This document shows positions 39,361 to 52,960 of a stretch of DNA of 64,000 nt, in pieces. This DNA is from an uncultured Bacilli bacterium. Lineage in GTDB: Bacteria > Bacillota_I > Bacilli_A > RF39 > UBA660. The stretch spans positions 11,906 to 75,905 of the forward strand of contig CANQQV010000008.1 in assembly GCA_947626095.1 (NCBI GenBank), read 5' to 3'. Every line of letters starts with the position of its first letter. The first letter of the stretch is position 1. A model generated the notes under the pieces. It searched no databases, was not told where the DNA came from, and was given only the letters and a program-made list of their open reading frames with translations. Both the position numbers and the translations under genes were made by a program.

Positions 39361-41159
39361 TATTTCACCTCACCCTCATATATTTCTTTAAATTTAGTGA
39401 TTAAAGAATCAAAGTATTTAATGGCATCTTCATACACTTTTTGATCTTCTAAGTTAACACCTAAAATAGCAAAAGCTTCACTCGGCCATTTATCAGAACC
39501 ACACTTTAAGAATTTTAAGTAATTAGTAAGCATAGCTTGGTCACCAGCTAAGATTTTAGAAGCAACTGATGAAGCTACACTAATACAGATGGCATAACTA
39601 TATAAATAGAAATTCATATAATAATGACTTCTAGTTATCCATTTATTCTTGGCATATTTATCGATTTTAACAGCTGGGCCATAATATTTTTTTAATGATG
39701 CTTTAGTTTTTTTATCCATAAATTCTTTAGTGATTGCGCCACCTTTATGAACTAAGCTATACATTTCTTGTTCAAGCTTTCCTTCTCTTACAGCACCGAA
39801 TAAATTAGAGGTGATTACTTCTAGGATATTAGCAATACCAGCTAGTTTTTCTTCTTTATCTTGACTATTACTTACAAGATAACTAGAAAGTAAGCATTCA
39901 TTAGTTAAAGAAGCTACTTCAGCTACTAAACTAGGAACAAAGCGATATTGATATGGATTATTTTCGTTTTCATATTGGTGATGAACGTTATGACCTGATT
40001 CATGAGCAATAGTTGAAACAGAGTCTAAATTACCATTAAAGCTTAATAAAATACGTGAGTCTTGATTAAGAGATGAGGCAGAATACCCACCACTACATTT
40101 ACCTTTATATTGACAATAATCGATATAATGATTATCAATAATTTTAGCGTATTTTTTACTATAATCTTCACCTAATGGTTTAATAGCTTTTCTTATTAGT
40201 TCTTGTGCTTCAGGAATAGTATATTCTTTATCAGAAGCAGCTATTTCTAAGTTTAAATCATACATTTTTAATTTATCTAAACCTAATACTTCTCTTTTTA
40301 AATCAAAATAACGATGTAATGAGTCTAAATGTTCTTCAGTAGTTTTAACTAAAGTTTTAAAGACTTTGTCACTTAGATTTAAATTAAATAATTTTTGTGA
40401 CCATGAATCTTTAAAATGATATATTTGCGCCAACTTATCATTCATACTTACATAACTATTTAAATATGAAGCATTACTACTACTATATTGTTCAAGTTTT
40501 TTATTAAATAAGTTATATACTCTTTTACGAATATTTTCGTCTTTATTTTTAGTAAGTAAACGATAGTTAGTTGTGGCGATAACGACATTTTCACCATCAA
40601 CTTTTACTTTACCATAATCATGTTCATTATTAAGTAAATTAGAAGACATATCATCGTAATGATTCATCGCTGTAGTTAATTCATTAACAATTACTTCTTC
40701 ACGTTCTGGTAAAACATGATCTTTATTACGATATATTTTATCAAGAAGAGCTTTATACTCTAATAGTTTATCATTACTTTTGAATAAAGCTTCGTATTCT
40801 TCTTTACTTAATTTAAGTAATTCAGGTTCGAAGAAACTAGTATTATTGGAAAGCATAGCACCTAGTTGTTCAGCTTTATTTTTACGGATTATATTTTCTT
40901 CTTTACCTAGTTCTTCATCATCTTTTAAAAAGGCATAAACATATAAGTCCTCAAAATGAACTAAGGTTTCATATTGAAGATGTAAAAATTCATATAATTT
41001 ATGAGCATCTTTAGTACAACCAATATATTTTTTTAAATCATTAACTTCTTGCAAGGTTGTGGTATATGTTTTATTGTATTCTTCTTCATTTTTAAAGAAG
41101 GGAGTTAAATCCCATTTGTATTCTTCTGGTACTTCACTACGGTTATTATATTTTTGCAT
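39360..41159 (-). CDS. pepF: Oligoendopeptidase F (M3B)
   Basis: [42 protein letters not shown]. Confidence 0.93.
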   Translation of the reverse strand: MQKYNNRSEVPEEYKWDLTPFFKNEEEYNKTYTTTLQEVNDLKKYIGCTKDAHKLYEFLHLQYETLVHFEDLYVYAFLKDDEELGKEENIIRKNKAEQLGAMLSNNTSFFEPELLKLSKEEYEALFKSNDKLLEYKALLDKIYRNKDHVLPEREEVIVNELTTAMNHYDDMSSNLLNNEHDYGKVKVDGENVVIATTNYRLLTKNKDENIRKRVYNLFNKKLEQYSSSNASYLNSYVSMNDKLAQIYHFKDSWSQKLFNLNLSDKVFKTLVKTTEEHLDSLHRYFDLKREVLGLDKLKMYDLNLEIAASDKEYTIPEAQELIRKAIKPLGEDYSKKYAKIIDNHYIDYCQYKGKCSGGYSASSLNQDSRILLSFNGNLDSVSTIAHESGHNVHHQYENENNPYQYRFVPSLVAEVASLTNECLLSSYLVSNSQDKEEKLAGIANILEVITSNLFGAVREGKLEQEMYSLVHKGGAITKEFMDKKTKASLKKYYGPAVKIDKYAKNKWITRSHYYMNFYLYSYAICISVASSVASKILAGDQAMLTNYLKFLKCGSDKWPSEAFAILGVNLEDQKVYEDAIKYFDSLITKFKEIYEGEVK

Positions 41160-41180
41160 GACTTCCTCCTCTATATCAGT

Positions 41181-41207
41181 TAAAAGTTCTAGTTTCCTAG
41201 AACTTTT
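41181..41207 (-). terminator. Hairpin after dnaK
   Basis: AAAAGTTCTAG-tttc-CTAGAACTTTT inverted repeat. Confidence 0.7.
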
Positions 41208-41219
41208 ACTAATACTTTA

Positions 41220-43593
<2,374 letters not shown>

Positions 43594-43594
<1 letters not shown>

Positions 43595-44244
43595 TATTTA
43601 CTAACCTTTACCATTGCATGGCGAATAACTTTTCCTTTATATGTATAACCTTTTTGAAGAACATCAACAACTGTATTTGGTTTTACTTCAGGGGCTTCTT
43701 CCATTAAAACGGCTTCCATCGTATTTGGATCAAATGGTTTATTTAGGATATCCATAACTTCGACTTCATACCCTTTTAAGGTATCACTTAAATTACCATA
43801 GATCATTTTAAAGCCACTTAGGAATTTACTAACTTCATCTTCTAAATTAGTATCATCCATTTGAATAGCTCGTTCAAAGTTATCAACAATTGGTAATAAC
43901 TTTTTAATTAAATCTTCACCTTCGTATTTTAAAAGATTAGCTTTTTCCTCTTCCATACGACGACGCATATTTTGCATTTCAGCGTTTGCTCTTAAATATT
44001 TGTCTTTTAAAGAATCAATTTCAGCTTGAAGTTTTTTCTTTTCTTCATCGTCTTTTTTCTTAAAAAGGCCTTTTTTCTCTTCTTTTTTAGCTGGTTCTGG
44101 TTCTTTTGGCATTTCTTTTGGCAGATCAGCTTCAGTTACTTCAGGAACTGGTTCTTGAGGAGTTTCTTCTTTTATTTCTTCTTTTATTTCTTCTTTTACT
44201 TCCTCAGTTGGAGCCGTTTCTAAATTTTTATTTTCTTCAGACAT
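43594..44244 (-). CDS. grpE: Nucleotide exchange factor GrpE
   Basis: LRANAEMQNMRRR, LLPIVDNFERA, FDPNTMEAV, QKGY..VIRHAMVKV. Confidence 0.97.
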
Positions 44245-44300
44245 AAGTCATCTCACTCTCTATCTAAAATCTATAGTAAGTATAATATTACTCACATAAA

Positions 44301-45299
44301 TTATTTGTCTCTTTCTTTTAGTTCTTGATTAATGTATTCAAGTAAACCTACTACTTTGTCATATTCCATTCTCTTTGGACCAACAATCGCAATAGTTCCT
44401 TCTTCACCATTAATTTTATATTTACTTTTGACAACGGTAACATTTGGATCAAATTCAGATTGTTCACCAATATAAACGTTAACGCCATCGCCTGTTTCTT
44501 CGATTTTTCTAACTAAGGATTCATCTTCAAATTTATTAACAATCCTTTTTATTTCATCAATGTTATTATATTCAGGTTGTTTTAAAATATTAGTTTTACC
44601 ACTGAAGAAGACATTAGGACTATTTTTAGTAAAGTCATTAAAGGCATCGTGGAATATTTCATAAACAGTTTCATATTGTTTAATAGTTTTACTAATAACT
44701 GGCTTTACTTCAAATTCTAGTCTCTGACTTACTTCGTTAATTGGTGTACCAATTAGCATCTTATTAATTATTTCACAGGTCTTAACTAATTCAACCATAT
44801 AAATATCTTGGGGAATAGTAAATTTTTTATTTTCAACTATTCCTTTGTTAGTACAAACCAAGGCGATTATTTGATTATTTTCTAAAGGTATAATACTTAC
44901 TTGTTGCAAAGTATTATCACTAGAGTTCTTACCTAAAACAACGCTTGTATAATTAGTTATTTCGGCGATTATTTCCATACATTTATTAATGGCATCGCTT
45001 ACTTGTAGTTGTTGGTTATGGAAGATAGTTTGAAGTTTTAACATTTCTTCCCCATTTAACTCTTTAGGTTTCATCAAATGATCAACGTAATATTGGTAAC
45101 CTAGTTCGGAAGGAACACGACCACTAGAAACATGGTTTTTTTCTAAGTATCCGAGCTTTTCTAAAGCAGCCATTTCATTACGAATAGTGGCTGAGGAAAG
45201 CTTAAATTTTTTACATAGAGCTTTGCTCCCGACTGGCTTAACGAATTTAATATAAGACTCAACTATTTCTTTTAATAGTTTTTCTTGTCTTTCATCCAT
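44301..45299 (-). CDS. hrcA: Heat-inducible transcription repressor
   Basis: PVGSKAL, SSATIRNEMA.LE, HVSSGRVPS, VGPKRMEY; start at MDERQ. Confidence 0.97.
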   Translation of the reverse strand: MDERQEKLLKEIVESYIKFVKPVGSKALCKKFKLSSATIRNEMAALEKLGYLEKNHVSSGRVPSELGYQYYVDHLMKPKELNGEEMLKLQTIFHNQQLQVSDAINKCMEIIAEITNYTSVVLGKNSSDNTLQQVSIIPLENNQIIALVCTNKGIVENKKFTIPQDIYMVELVKTCEIINKMLIGTPINEVSQRLEFEVKPVISKTIKQYETVYEIFHDAFNDFTKNSPNVFFSGKTNILKQPEYNNIDEIKRIVNKFEDESLVRKIEETGDGVNVYIGEQSEFDPNVTVVKSKYKINGEEGTIAIVGPKRMEYDKVVGLLEYINQELKERDK

Positions 45300-45312
45300 T
45301 CTATCACCTCTA

Positions 45313-45386
45313 TTAGCACTCACACTTTTTTAGTGCTAAATAAATTATAGCGATATTGTTAGCACTTGTCAATGGTAAAGTGCTAA
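45313..45386 (-). promoter_or_regulatory. Sigma-A promoter with two CIRCE elements
   Basis: TTAGCACTC-N9-TAGTGCTAA (45313-45339), TTAGCACTT-N10-AAGTGCTAA (45359-45386), TTGACA-N17-TATAAT (45372-45344). Confidence 0.92.
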
Positions 45387-45498
45387 TTTTTTTATACTTA
45401 ATTAAACAATCACATTCAATATTTAACAATAAATAAATGAAAATTATTTATTTAACCTAAAAATTTGCTATAATAAAAATAAGAAAAGATGTGAGGCT

Positions 45499-46485
45499 AT
45501 GAAATCGTCGGTTAAACGTCGAAAACGCTATCGTTTAAAGTCTGGAGTGACGAGATTTTTAATTTATGCAGCTTTCTTTTTAGGATTATTTATTTATGGT
45601 TATATTGGAATAAGTAATGCGATTAAAAATATTAATTATCGTGAAACATATGAATATAAATTAACGAATTTAGGATATTCAATGGATGATACAAGAAAGC
45701 TAATTGCCATTTTAAAACCAGAACGATTAGATGAAATATTAAAAGAAGAACAATATAATGAGATATATCATAATATTCTTCAACAAAAGTATTTTATTGA
45801 TAAGAATTTTGAAGATTATGTAACTTATAAAGTATCGCATTCTGATGTTTCATATGAAGATACCATTGCCATAGTTAATGTTCATGCAAATAATGGATGG
45901 TATAATACTTCTTTTGAAAGTAATATTGATGATGGTTATTTGGTATTAGTAAATAAGTTTTATCATTTAAATAAAGATTATAAGAGAGTTGATTTAGAAA
46001 AAGCTAATTTAGCATATGCTTATGCAGATAATCAAGCTGCTAGTATTGTTTTAGAGAATTTTGAACAAATGCGTGATGATGTTTTTAATGAATTAAATGT
46101 TAAATTGATGATTAATTCATCTTATCGTTCATATGAAAATCAAGAAGCAATATATAATGATTATAAAAATATTAGTTTGAAGTATGCTGATCAATATGCA
46201 GCAAGACCAGGTTATTCAGAGCATCAAACAGGTTTATCTTTAGATATTACTTCGTGGGAACATCCTGGACAAAAGGCTTTTACCGAATCAGCTGAATATG
46301 AATGGTTAAAGAATAATGCTTATAAATATGGTTTTATCTTAAGATATCCCGAAGGTAAAGAAAATATTACCGGGTATAATACTGAGAGTTGGCATTTTAG
46401 ATATGTTGGTAATGAAGTAGCTAAACAAATATACAATGAAGGAATTACTTTTGATGAGTATTATGCTTATTATATAGAACAATAA
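45499..46485 (+). CDS. M15B D-Ala-D-Ala carboxypeptidase (VanY-like), membrane anchored
   Basis: SSYRSY, ARPGYSEHQTGLSLD, YGFILRYP, ESWHFRYVG. Confidence 0.92.
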   Translation: MKSSVKRRKRYRLKSGVTRFLIYAAFFLGLFIYGYIGISNAIKNINYRETYEYKLTNLGYSMDDTRKLIAILKPERLDEILKEEQYNEIYHNILQQKYFIDKNFEDYVTYKVSHSDVSYEDTIAIVNVHANNGWYNTSFESNIDDGYLVLVNKFYHLNKDYKRVDLEKANLAYAYADNQAASIVLENFEQMRDDVFNELNVKLMINSSYRSYENQEAIYNDYKNISLKYADQYAARPGYSEHQTGLSLDITSWEHPGQKAFTESAEYEWLKNNAYKYGFILRYPEGKENITGYNTESWHFRYVGNEVAKQIYNEGITFDEYYAYYIEQ

Positions 46486-46513
46486 AAAAACTCTAGTTTA
46501 CACTAGGGCTTTT

Positions 46514-48793
46514 TTATTGTTCTTCTTCAGGTTGTGGTGAAGATACTACTCCACTTGAATCAATTAAGTGTTTGTCATAATCAGTTCCATTGTATATAGA
46601 AATGATATAATCACTGCCAGTTTGTGATACTTTAAAAGCAGGATTAGCAGTATTACAATAAGGATAGTCTTTGACTTTGATGCCAGTATTATTTATTTTA
46701 CTACCATAATAATTGTAGATATAAAGTTCTTTATTATTATCGATACCAGCATAGTAAGTGTCATATAATTCAACATAAGCAAAGTTATCACTACTAACTG
46801 GCGTACCATTGTAATCATAGATATGATAGCTATCACCAACTTTTACTTTAAAGTAATTTAGATTCTCACTATATCCTCTAATTTTACTATCAAAGCCAAT
46901 TGATTCTTTTGAATCATCAAAATGAATTTTCCATTTATTAGTTGTATCTAAAGTTAAAATATAGTCACCGATTTTTTCCATTTTATTATAGTTAAATTGA
47001 TATTTAGGAATTACTTTATCTTCATCAATAGTTATCATACCGTATTTACCTTTTTTACCTAAGGCGATGACATCAAGAGTACCTTCATATAATGTCACTT
47101 TATTATCGTTGTTAGGAGTATTTGAATTAATTGTTGTATAACCATTATCAACAAGAGATTTATTAGCTTTTAAATCATATAAAATAATATTATTTAAGCC
47201 ATCAGCAATAAAGACATATCTTTTATTAACAATTGGAACACGGCTATTACGGTTCATATCTTCAGGTTTAACCATATCGTTATCTTCATAAACAGTATCT
47301 GTTGCAATAAAACACATTGTATAGTCATCATCTTCAGATGAGACATCGTTATTATTTGAACATTTATATGATCCTAATAGTTGTTCTTTAGTTGAATCTT
47401 CGTAAAAATATAACATACCATCAAAATAATTAACATATTCATATTTAGCATTAACTAATGACTCAGCAACGTTTACTGTCTTAGTTTCAGGGTTAGTAAT
47501 ATCATTATCATAAACTTGAATTTGAATAGTAATTTTATCAGGAATATTTATTTCAAAGCTAGCTTTAGTTTCGGCTAGTTCACCATCATCATTATAAATA
47601 AATGTTTTAACATAGTTTTTATTTTTTAATTTAATATTACCTTCATTTATTTTATTTTTGTCTTTATCTTTAATATATAGATTATTGTCTTTAACTAAGA
47701 AAATATAATTATCTTTAATTGTAATGTAGTCATACTCTTTATCTAGTAAAGTAGCTTTATAATCATATATTGTATAAACACCAGAGACTTTGGCAACAAC
47801 AAAATTGTCATTGTAATTGGTTATTTCATAACTAGAACTAAAATTACCACTTAAGCTTTTATTATTCTTATCAATAATTTTATAACCTTTATTATATTTA
47901 GCTAATAAATTATTTTCACCATTTATCATACCTAAATAGTCGTATTGTTCTTCAATTAAGCTTGTGATACCATCTTCAACTTTAATTAAACCATATTTTT
48001 TATCAGTAGCAACAATAGCATAGTTATCATCATAAGCTTTGACAGATTGATATTCTTTTAAAACTTTATTGTCTTTGATTGAATATAATTTTATTTTAGC
48101 ATTTGCTTCTTCTTTGTTATCAACAACATATGCATATGCATCGTCAACAATTGGATAACGTTGATCTTTTGGTTGACCCTTCTCATCTAATAGAGTTGGA
48201 ATATCAAAGGTATCATCAGTCTTGTTAAAGCCTACATAACATAAAGAAGCAGATTTATTTTCACATTCATAAGTTCCTACTTCATTACCATCAGCACCTA
48301 AAAAATGAAGTGTACCATCTTTATAATAAAAATTATCAGCTAAAACTGGTGGTTCTTCTACTGATGGGGTTTGATTGTCTGGATTTTCATCATTACGATT
48401 TTTATTTAAAAAGACAACTAAGAAAACGATAAGAGCAGCGATTAAAACGACAACTAAAACGGCAATAGTAATAAAGAGAATCTTCTTTTTCTTATCTAAA
48501 GATTGCCATTTATCTTTTATCTTGGTAAAGATACTAACCTTTTCAGGGTCTTCTTCAGATTCTTCAGAATCTTCATCTTCATTTTCTTCTTCAATTATTG
48601 CTTCAGCCATAGCAATGTTCTTTTCCGCTAAGGCTTCTTCGGCTTCCTCTTCTTTTTCTTTATTTAAACTTTCTTCTAAAATATCTTTATTCTTTTCAAC
48701 TCGACTTAAGCTTTCTTCTATTTCCTCTTCATTCTCTTCGAGATCTTTCAGTGTAGTAATGGGTTTTGTTTTTTCTAAATCTTCATCCATCAT
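46514..48793 (-). CDS. Large membrane-anchored WG-repeat-like protein with acidic cytoplasmic N-terminus
   Basis: E-rich N-terminus, one TM, KYGLIK..LIEEQYD and GKYGMI..VIPKYQF repeats. Confidence 0.7.
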   Translation of the reverse strand: MMDEDLEKTKPITTLKDLEENEEEIEESLSRVEKNKDILEESLNKEKEEEAEEALAEKNIAMAEAIIEEENEDEDSEESEEDPEKVSIFTKIKDKWQSLDKKKKILFITIAVLVVVLIAALIVFLVVFLNKNRNDENPDNQTPSVEEPPVLADNFYYKDGTLHFLGADGNEVGTYECENKSASLCYVGFNKTDDTFDIPTLLDEKGQPKDQRYPIVDDAYAYVVDNKEEANAKIKLYSIKDNKVLKEYQSVKAYDDNYAIVATDKKYGLIKVEDGITSLIEEQYDYLGMINGENNLLAKYNKGYKIIDKNNKSLSGNFSSSYEITNYNDNFVVAKVSGVYTIYDYKATLLDKEYDYITIKDNYIFLVKDNNLYIKDKDKNKINEGNIKLKNKNYVKTFIYNDDGELAETKASFEINIPDKITIQIQVYDNDITNPETKTVNVAESLVNAKYEYVNYFDGMLYFYEDSTKEQLLGSYKCSNNNDVSSEDDDYTMCFIATDTVYEDNDMVKPEDMNRNSRVPIVNKRYVFIADGLNNIILYDLKANKSLVDNGYTTINSNTPNNDNKVTLYEGTLDVIALGKKGKYGMITIDEDKVIPKYQFNYNKMEKIGDYILTLDTTNKWKIHFDDSKESIGFDSKIRGYSENLNYFKVKVGDSYHIYDYNGTPVSSDNFAYVELYDTYYAGIDNNKELYIYNYYGSKINNTGIKVKDYPYCNTANPAFKVSQTGSDYIISIYNGTDYDKHLIDSSGVVSSPQPEEEQ

Positions 48794-48887
48794 TTTGATC
48801 TACCTTTCTAATCTAAGAAGATTATATCATATTTCATTTTAATACAACATATTTTTTAAAAAGGAAAAAAACTCTAAAGAGAGTTTT

Positions 48888-49970
48888 TTATAATATTTTA
48901 ATTAAAATTTCATTCATTACATAAATATATTCAGGATTTATATAAATATACTCACCATCAACAATTAGCTCTTCTTCTTTTAAAGCTTCTTTTAAATCAA
49001 AGACTTCTTGCATATTTACTTCATATTTTTTAAAGAATTCTTTTAAACTAATTCCTTCCATCTTTCTAAAGCCAAGCATTAATTCATTATACATTTTATC
49101 ATCTTTACTTAAGACTTCTTCTTTAAGAAGGAATTCACCATTTATATATTTAGTTAAATTACGTGTATTTTCATATCTTACACCATGAATATATCCGGAA
49201 GCACCTAAACCAAAGCCAAAGTATTCGTTGTTATTCCAATAATTTAAGTTATGACGACTCTTCTTACCTTTTTTAGCAAAATTAGATACTTCGTAATGTT
49301 CATAATTTTTTAGTTCTAGTTTTTCACAGATGTATTCATACATGGATGCATCTAGTTCTTCAGGAATTGGTAAAATACCACTAATACCTATTTTGGTATT
49401 ATCTTCAACTATTAAGGAATAAGTACTAATATGATCAGGATTTAATTTTAAGATTAAATCTAAATCTTTTTTCATATCTTTCATACTCTCTTTAGGAAGA
49501 CCATAGATAAAATCGACATTAATATTATCAAAACCCATTTTACGCATTAATTTCATTTTATTAGCTGCATCTTCAAAGGTATGACTTCTTTCCATAAATT
49601 CTAGCTTTTTTTGATTAAAGGATTCAATACCTATACTTAAGCGATTAACATTGTATTCTTTTAAAAGGGTTAGTAATTCTTCAGTAATATCGTTTAAATT
49701 ACATTCAAAGGTAAATTCTAGATCTGGTGATAAGTTAAATTTATTAACAGTTTCAAATAGATATCTTAAATATTTAGCATCTAAAGATGATGGGGTTCCA
49801 CCACCAATGTATACTGTTTTAATAAGTTCACCATCATATTTATCTTTGATTTCTTCAACTAAAGCATTTAAGTATGGGACTATCCAAGGTTCATGATATA
49901 GAACCTTACAAAAATCACAGTAACTACAAATACTTTTACAAAAAGGAAGATGAATATATACACTTTCCAT
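48888..49970 (-). CDS. hemW: Radical SAM heme chaperone HemW (HemN-like)
   Basis: YIHLPFCKSICSYCDF, YIGGGTPS, HYEVSNFA, HNLNYW; lepA-hemW-hrcA synteny. Confidence 0.92.
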   Translation of the reverse strand: MESVYIHLPFCKSICSYCDFCKVLYHEPWIVPYLNALVEEIKDKYDGELIKTVYIGGGTPSSLDAKYLRYLFETVNKFNLSPDLEFTFECNLNDITEELLTLLKEYNVNRLSIGIESFNQKKLEFMERSHTFEDAANKMKLMRKMGFDNINVDFIYGLPKESMKDMKKDLDLILKLNPDHISTYSLIVEDNTKIGISGILPIPEELDASMYEYICEKLELKNYEHYEVSNFAKKGKKSRHNLNYWNNNEYFGFGLGASGYIHGVRYENTRNLTKYINGEFLLKEEVLSKDDKMYNELMLGFRKMEGISLKEFFKKYEVNMQEVFDLKEALKEEELIVDGEYIYINPEYIYVMNEILIKIL

Positions 49971-50007
49971 AAAATCACAACCTTATATCATTATTATATC
50001 AACCAAA

Positions 50008-51567
50008 TTATTTATTTTCTACTTCTTTACTAATTAAATATTCAAGATTAATTTTTTTATTTTCTTTGATTTTTTTTAGATTATTTTCAATATCTTTACG
50101 AAGATTATCGTTATATTCATTTGAATCTTCAAGACGTTTTTTATAAATTAAAAGCGTATTATAAATATCATTATCTTCACTATCGCGATATTTAAGACAA
50201 TATATATAGAAAAGTTCTAAAGTAGCAAGAAAAATGTTATGTTCACTAGCTATATCTAAATATTCTAATGCTTTTGGTTCATCTTTTTTAACACCAATAG
50301 TAATATTACCATTCATATAAAAGTATTTAGCTAAATTATAGTAAGCATAATAACAAAGAGTACGATAGTTACTATTTAGGGCTTCGTTATAGAAATAATA
50401 AGCTTTTTCTTCATCTTTATCAATTATTCCTTGGCGATAGTATTCCCCTACTTTATTACAAGCCCAGCTTTCGCCTAAAGTAGCAGAATTTAAATAATAT
50501 TTAAAAGCAGTCGAATAATCTTTTTGTTGTTCAGCTAGTTTACCTAAGTTATTTAAAGCAAAAGCATAGGAACTATCTGCAGCTTTAGTAAAGTATTTAA
50601 TAGCTTCTTTTTGATCTTTTTTTAAAGGATAAATACCTTCTAAGTACATATTACCGATTTGATTACAAGCAGCTATATTACCAAGATCATATGATTTAAG
50701 TAAGAATTCATAACCTTTAGCTAGATCTTCATTAGTTTTTTGACCTAGTAAACCTTTAATATACATATTACCTATCATGTAATTAGCACTAGCATGGTTC
50801 ATAGAGGCGGCTTTAATTAAGTAATTATAAGCTTCTTCATAACGAGGAAATCCTTTAACATAACCATAATATTCATTAGAACCCAATTCAAAATTGGCAT
50901 AAGCATTACCTTTAGCAGCTAATTCTTTCATGGAATAATCAAAGTTAATACCTTCTCTTAGTTTTAAAGATAAATACTCTTGTAAATCTAAAGAACTAAT
51001 ACTAGTATCATTTAAAACGTTATCGATAACTTCTTTTTTTAATTCATCTTCATACAATGGTTGACGTTTATATAAAACGATATAGATTAATAATTCGACT
51101 AAAGCTTCATAATAGTTATTATTATCAATTAATTTTCTAACTTTATTAGTTAAGTCTTCTTTAACTAAGCGATCGTTTTTAGCAATATTATACAGTTTAT
51201 TAGTTAAGTATTTTAAACTATCGTTATTATTGATAAAAGCGATTTTATTTTCTTTGACATTGTATAAGACACCATCGATTATTTCACTTAAACCAATTAA
51301 GTTGTCAGTAAATTCCGTTTTATCTTTAGCATATCTTTTAACTTTATTTAAGTATATTTGTTTATAATCACTACCAATACTACGGCAACCAACACAATAG
51401 TTATTAACAGTGGTATCATTAATGCCTTCTATTTCAAATAGGATACAAAATAATTCGCTTTGTAAGGCAGAAGTTTTATTTTTAGATATTTCTTTAATTA
51501 AACGAAATAAGTTACCAATACTTAGGTGTTCATCATTATTATTTAAACGAATAAATTGTTTTTTCAT
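50008..51567 (-). CDS. Sel1-like repeat protein with possible N-terminal HTH
   Basis: Repeats such as ANYMIGNMYIKG, ACNQIGNMYLEG, ACNKVGEYYRQG. Confidence 0.8.
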   Translation of the reverse strand: MKKQFIRLNNNDEHLSIGNLFRLIKEISKNKTSALQSELFCILFEIEGINDTTVNNYCVGCRSIGSDYKQIYLNKVKRYAKDKTEFTDNLIGLSEIIDGVLYNVKENKIAFINNNDSLKYLTNKLYNIAKNDRLVKEDLTNKVRKLIDNNNYYEALVELLIYIVLYKRQPLYEDELKKEVIDNVLNDTSISSLDLQEYLSLKLREGINFDYSMKELAAKGNAYANFELGSNEYYGYVKGFPRYEEAYNYLIKAASMNHASANYMIGNMYIKGLLGQKTNEDLAKGYEFLLKSYDLGNIAACNQIGNMYLEGIYPLKKDQKEAIKYFTKAADSSYAFALNNLGKLAEQQKDYSTAFKYYLNSATLGESWACNKVGEYYRQGIIDKDEEKAYYFYNEALNSNYRTLCYYAYYNLAKYFYMNGNITIGVKKDEPKALEYLDIASEHNIFLATLELFYIYCLKYRDSEDNDIYNTLLIYKKRLEDSNEYNDNLRKDIENNLKKIKENKKINLEYLISKEVENK

Positions 51568-51694
51568 GTTTTCTCACCACTTTCATTTTAACATACTGTG
51601 TGGTTTTTTAAAATATAATTTCTTTGTTCTGTGGATTATTGCTGCTTTATATTTACATTAAATAAGCATATGCTTTTATTAAGGAGGAAAAATT

Positions 51695-52948
51695 ATGAAA
51701 AAATTCTGGACAAATTATAAGCAAACAATAATCCTGTTAGCGTCTTTAGTAATTGGAGCGATTGTAGGATTAATATTTAAAGAAAAGACGGAGGTATTAA
51801 AACCATTTGGTGATTTATTTATGAACTTAATGTTCGTAATAATCATTCCTTTAATCTTTTTAACAATTACAACATCTATAGCTAAGATAAGTGAACCAAA
51901 AAGATTAAGTAAAGTTATTATTACTATATTTGGCGTATTTATCGTTACATCATTAGTCGCAGTTATCGTTGGATTAGTATCAACCTATTCAATTAAATTA
52001 GTTAATCCAAGTGACTCAGAAGCGATTATGGAAACATTAGGTGAAAGTGCTGAATCTGAGAAAGTTGAATTAAATATTCTAGAAAGGACAGTTCAAGCAA
52101 TTAGTGTTAGCGATTTTAAAGATATTTTATCTAAAGATAATATTATCGCTTTAGTAGTCGTTTCAATTCTAGTTGGTTTAGCTATTAGTAAACTTGGAGA
52201 TGAAGCTAAAGCTTTTAAAGATGTTTTAGAAGCAGCTAATAAAGTAGTACTAAAATTTGTAGACTTTGTCTTCTTATATGCTCCTATTGGTTTAGGTTGC
52301 TATTTTGCTTCACTAATTGGAACATTTGGGGCATCAATTGCTGTAGGTTATGCTAAAACATTTGTTATTTATACAGTTGTATCAATCTTATTTTACTTTA
52401 TTGTTTATTCACTATATGCTTTTATAGCTGGTGGTAAAAAAGGATTTATAGCATTCTGGAAGAATGTTTTACCAGCAACAGCAACATCTATTTCAACTTG
52501 TTCATCAGCAGCATCTATTCCAGCTAATATCAAATGTTCTAAAGCAATGGGTGTATCTGATGATATCGCTGAAACAATGATTCCATTAGGTACTAGTTTC
52601 CATAAAGATGGTTCTATAATTGGTAGTGTCTTTAAGATTATGTTCTTAGTATACTTATTTGGAACTCATCCTAGTATTTGGCAAGTTATTGGGGTTGCAT
52701 TAATCGCTAATTTACTTGTTACAGCTGTACCTGTTGGTGGTGGTACTATTTCTGAAACGTTAATAATTACAATGATGGGATTCCCATTAACCGCCCTACC
52801 TATTCTAACTATTATCGCAACAATTATTGATCCACCTGCGACAATGTTAAACGTAGTTGGTGATACATCTTCTTCAATGTTAGTTGCAAGAATTATTGAT
52901 GGTAAGAACTGGCTTTTAGGTAAAAATAAAAAGAATAAAAAGGCTTAA
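51695..52948 (+). CDS. Dicarboxylate/amino acid:cation symporter (DAACS)
   Basis: KPFGDLF, YAPIG, STCSSAASIP, PLGTSFHKDG, TMLNVVGD. Confidence 0.92.
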   Translation: MKKFWTNYKQTIILLASLVIGAIVGLIFKEKTEVLKPFGDLFMNLMFVIIIPLIFLTITTSIAKISEPKRLSKVIITIFGVFIVTSLVAVIVGLVSTYSIKLVNPSDSEAIMETLGESAESEKVELNILERTVQAISVSDFKDILSKDNIIALVVVSILVGLAISKLGDEAKAFKDVLEAANKVVLKFVDFVFLYAPIGLGCYFASLIGTFGASIAVGYAKTFVIYTVVSILFYFIVYSLYAFIAGGKKGFIAFWKNVLPATATSISTCSSAASIPANIKCSKAMGVSDDIAETMIPLGTSFHKDGSIIGSVFKIMFLVYLFGTHPSIWQVIGVALIANLLVTAVPVGGGTISETLIITMMGFPLTALPILTIIATIIDPPATMLNVVGDTSSSMLVARIIDGKNWLLGKNKKNKKA

Positions 52949-52960
52949 TAAAAAAGGAAG

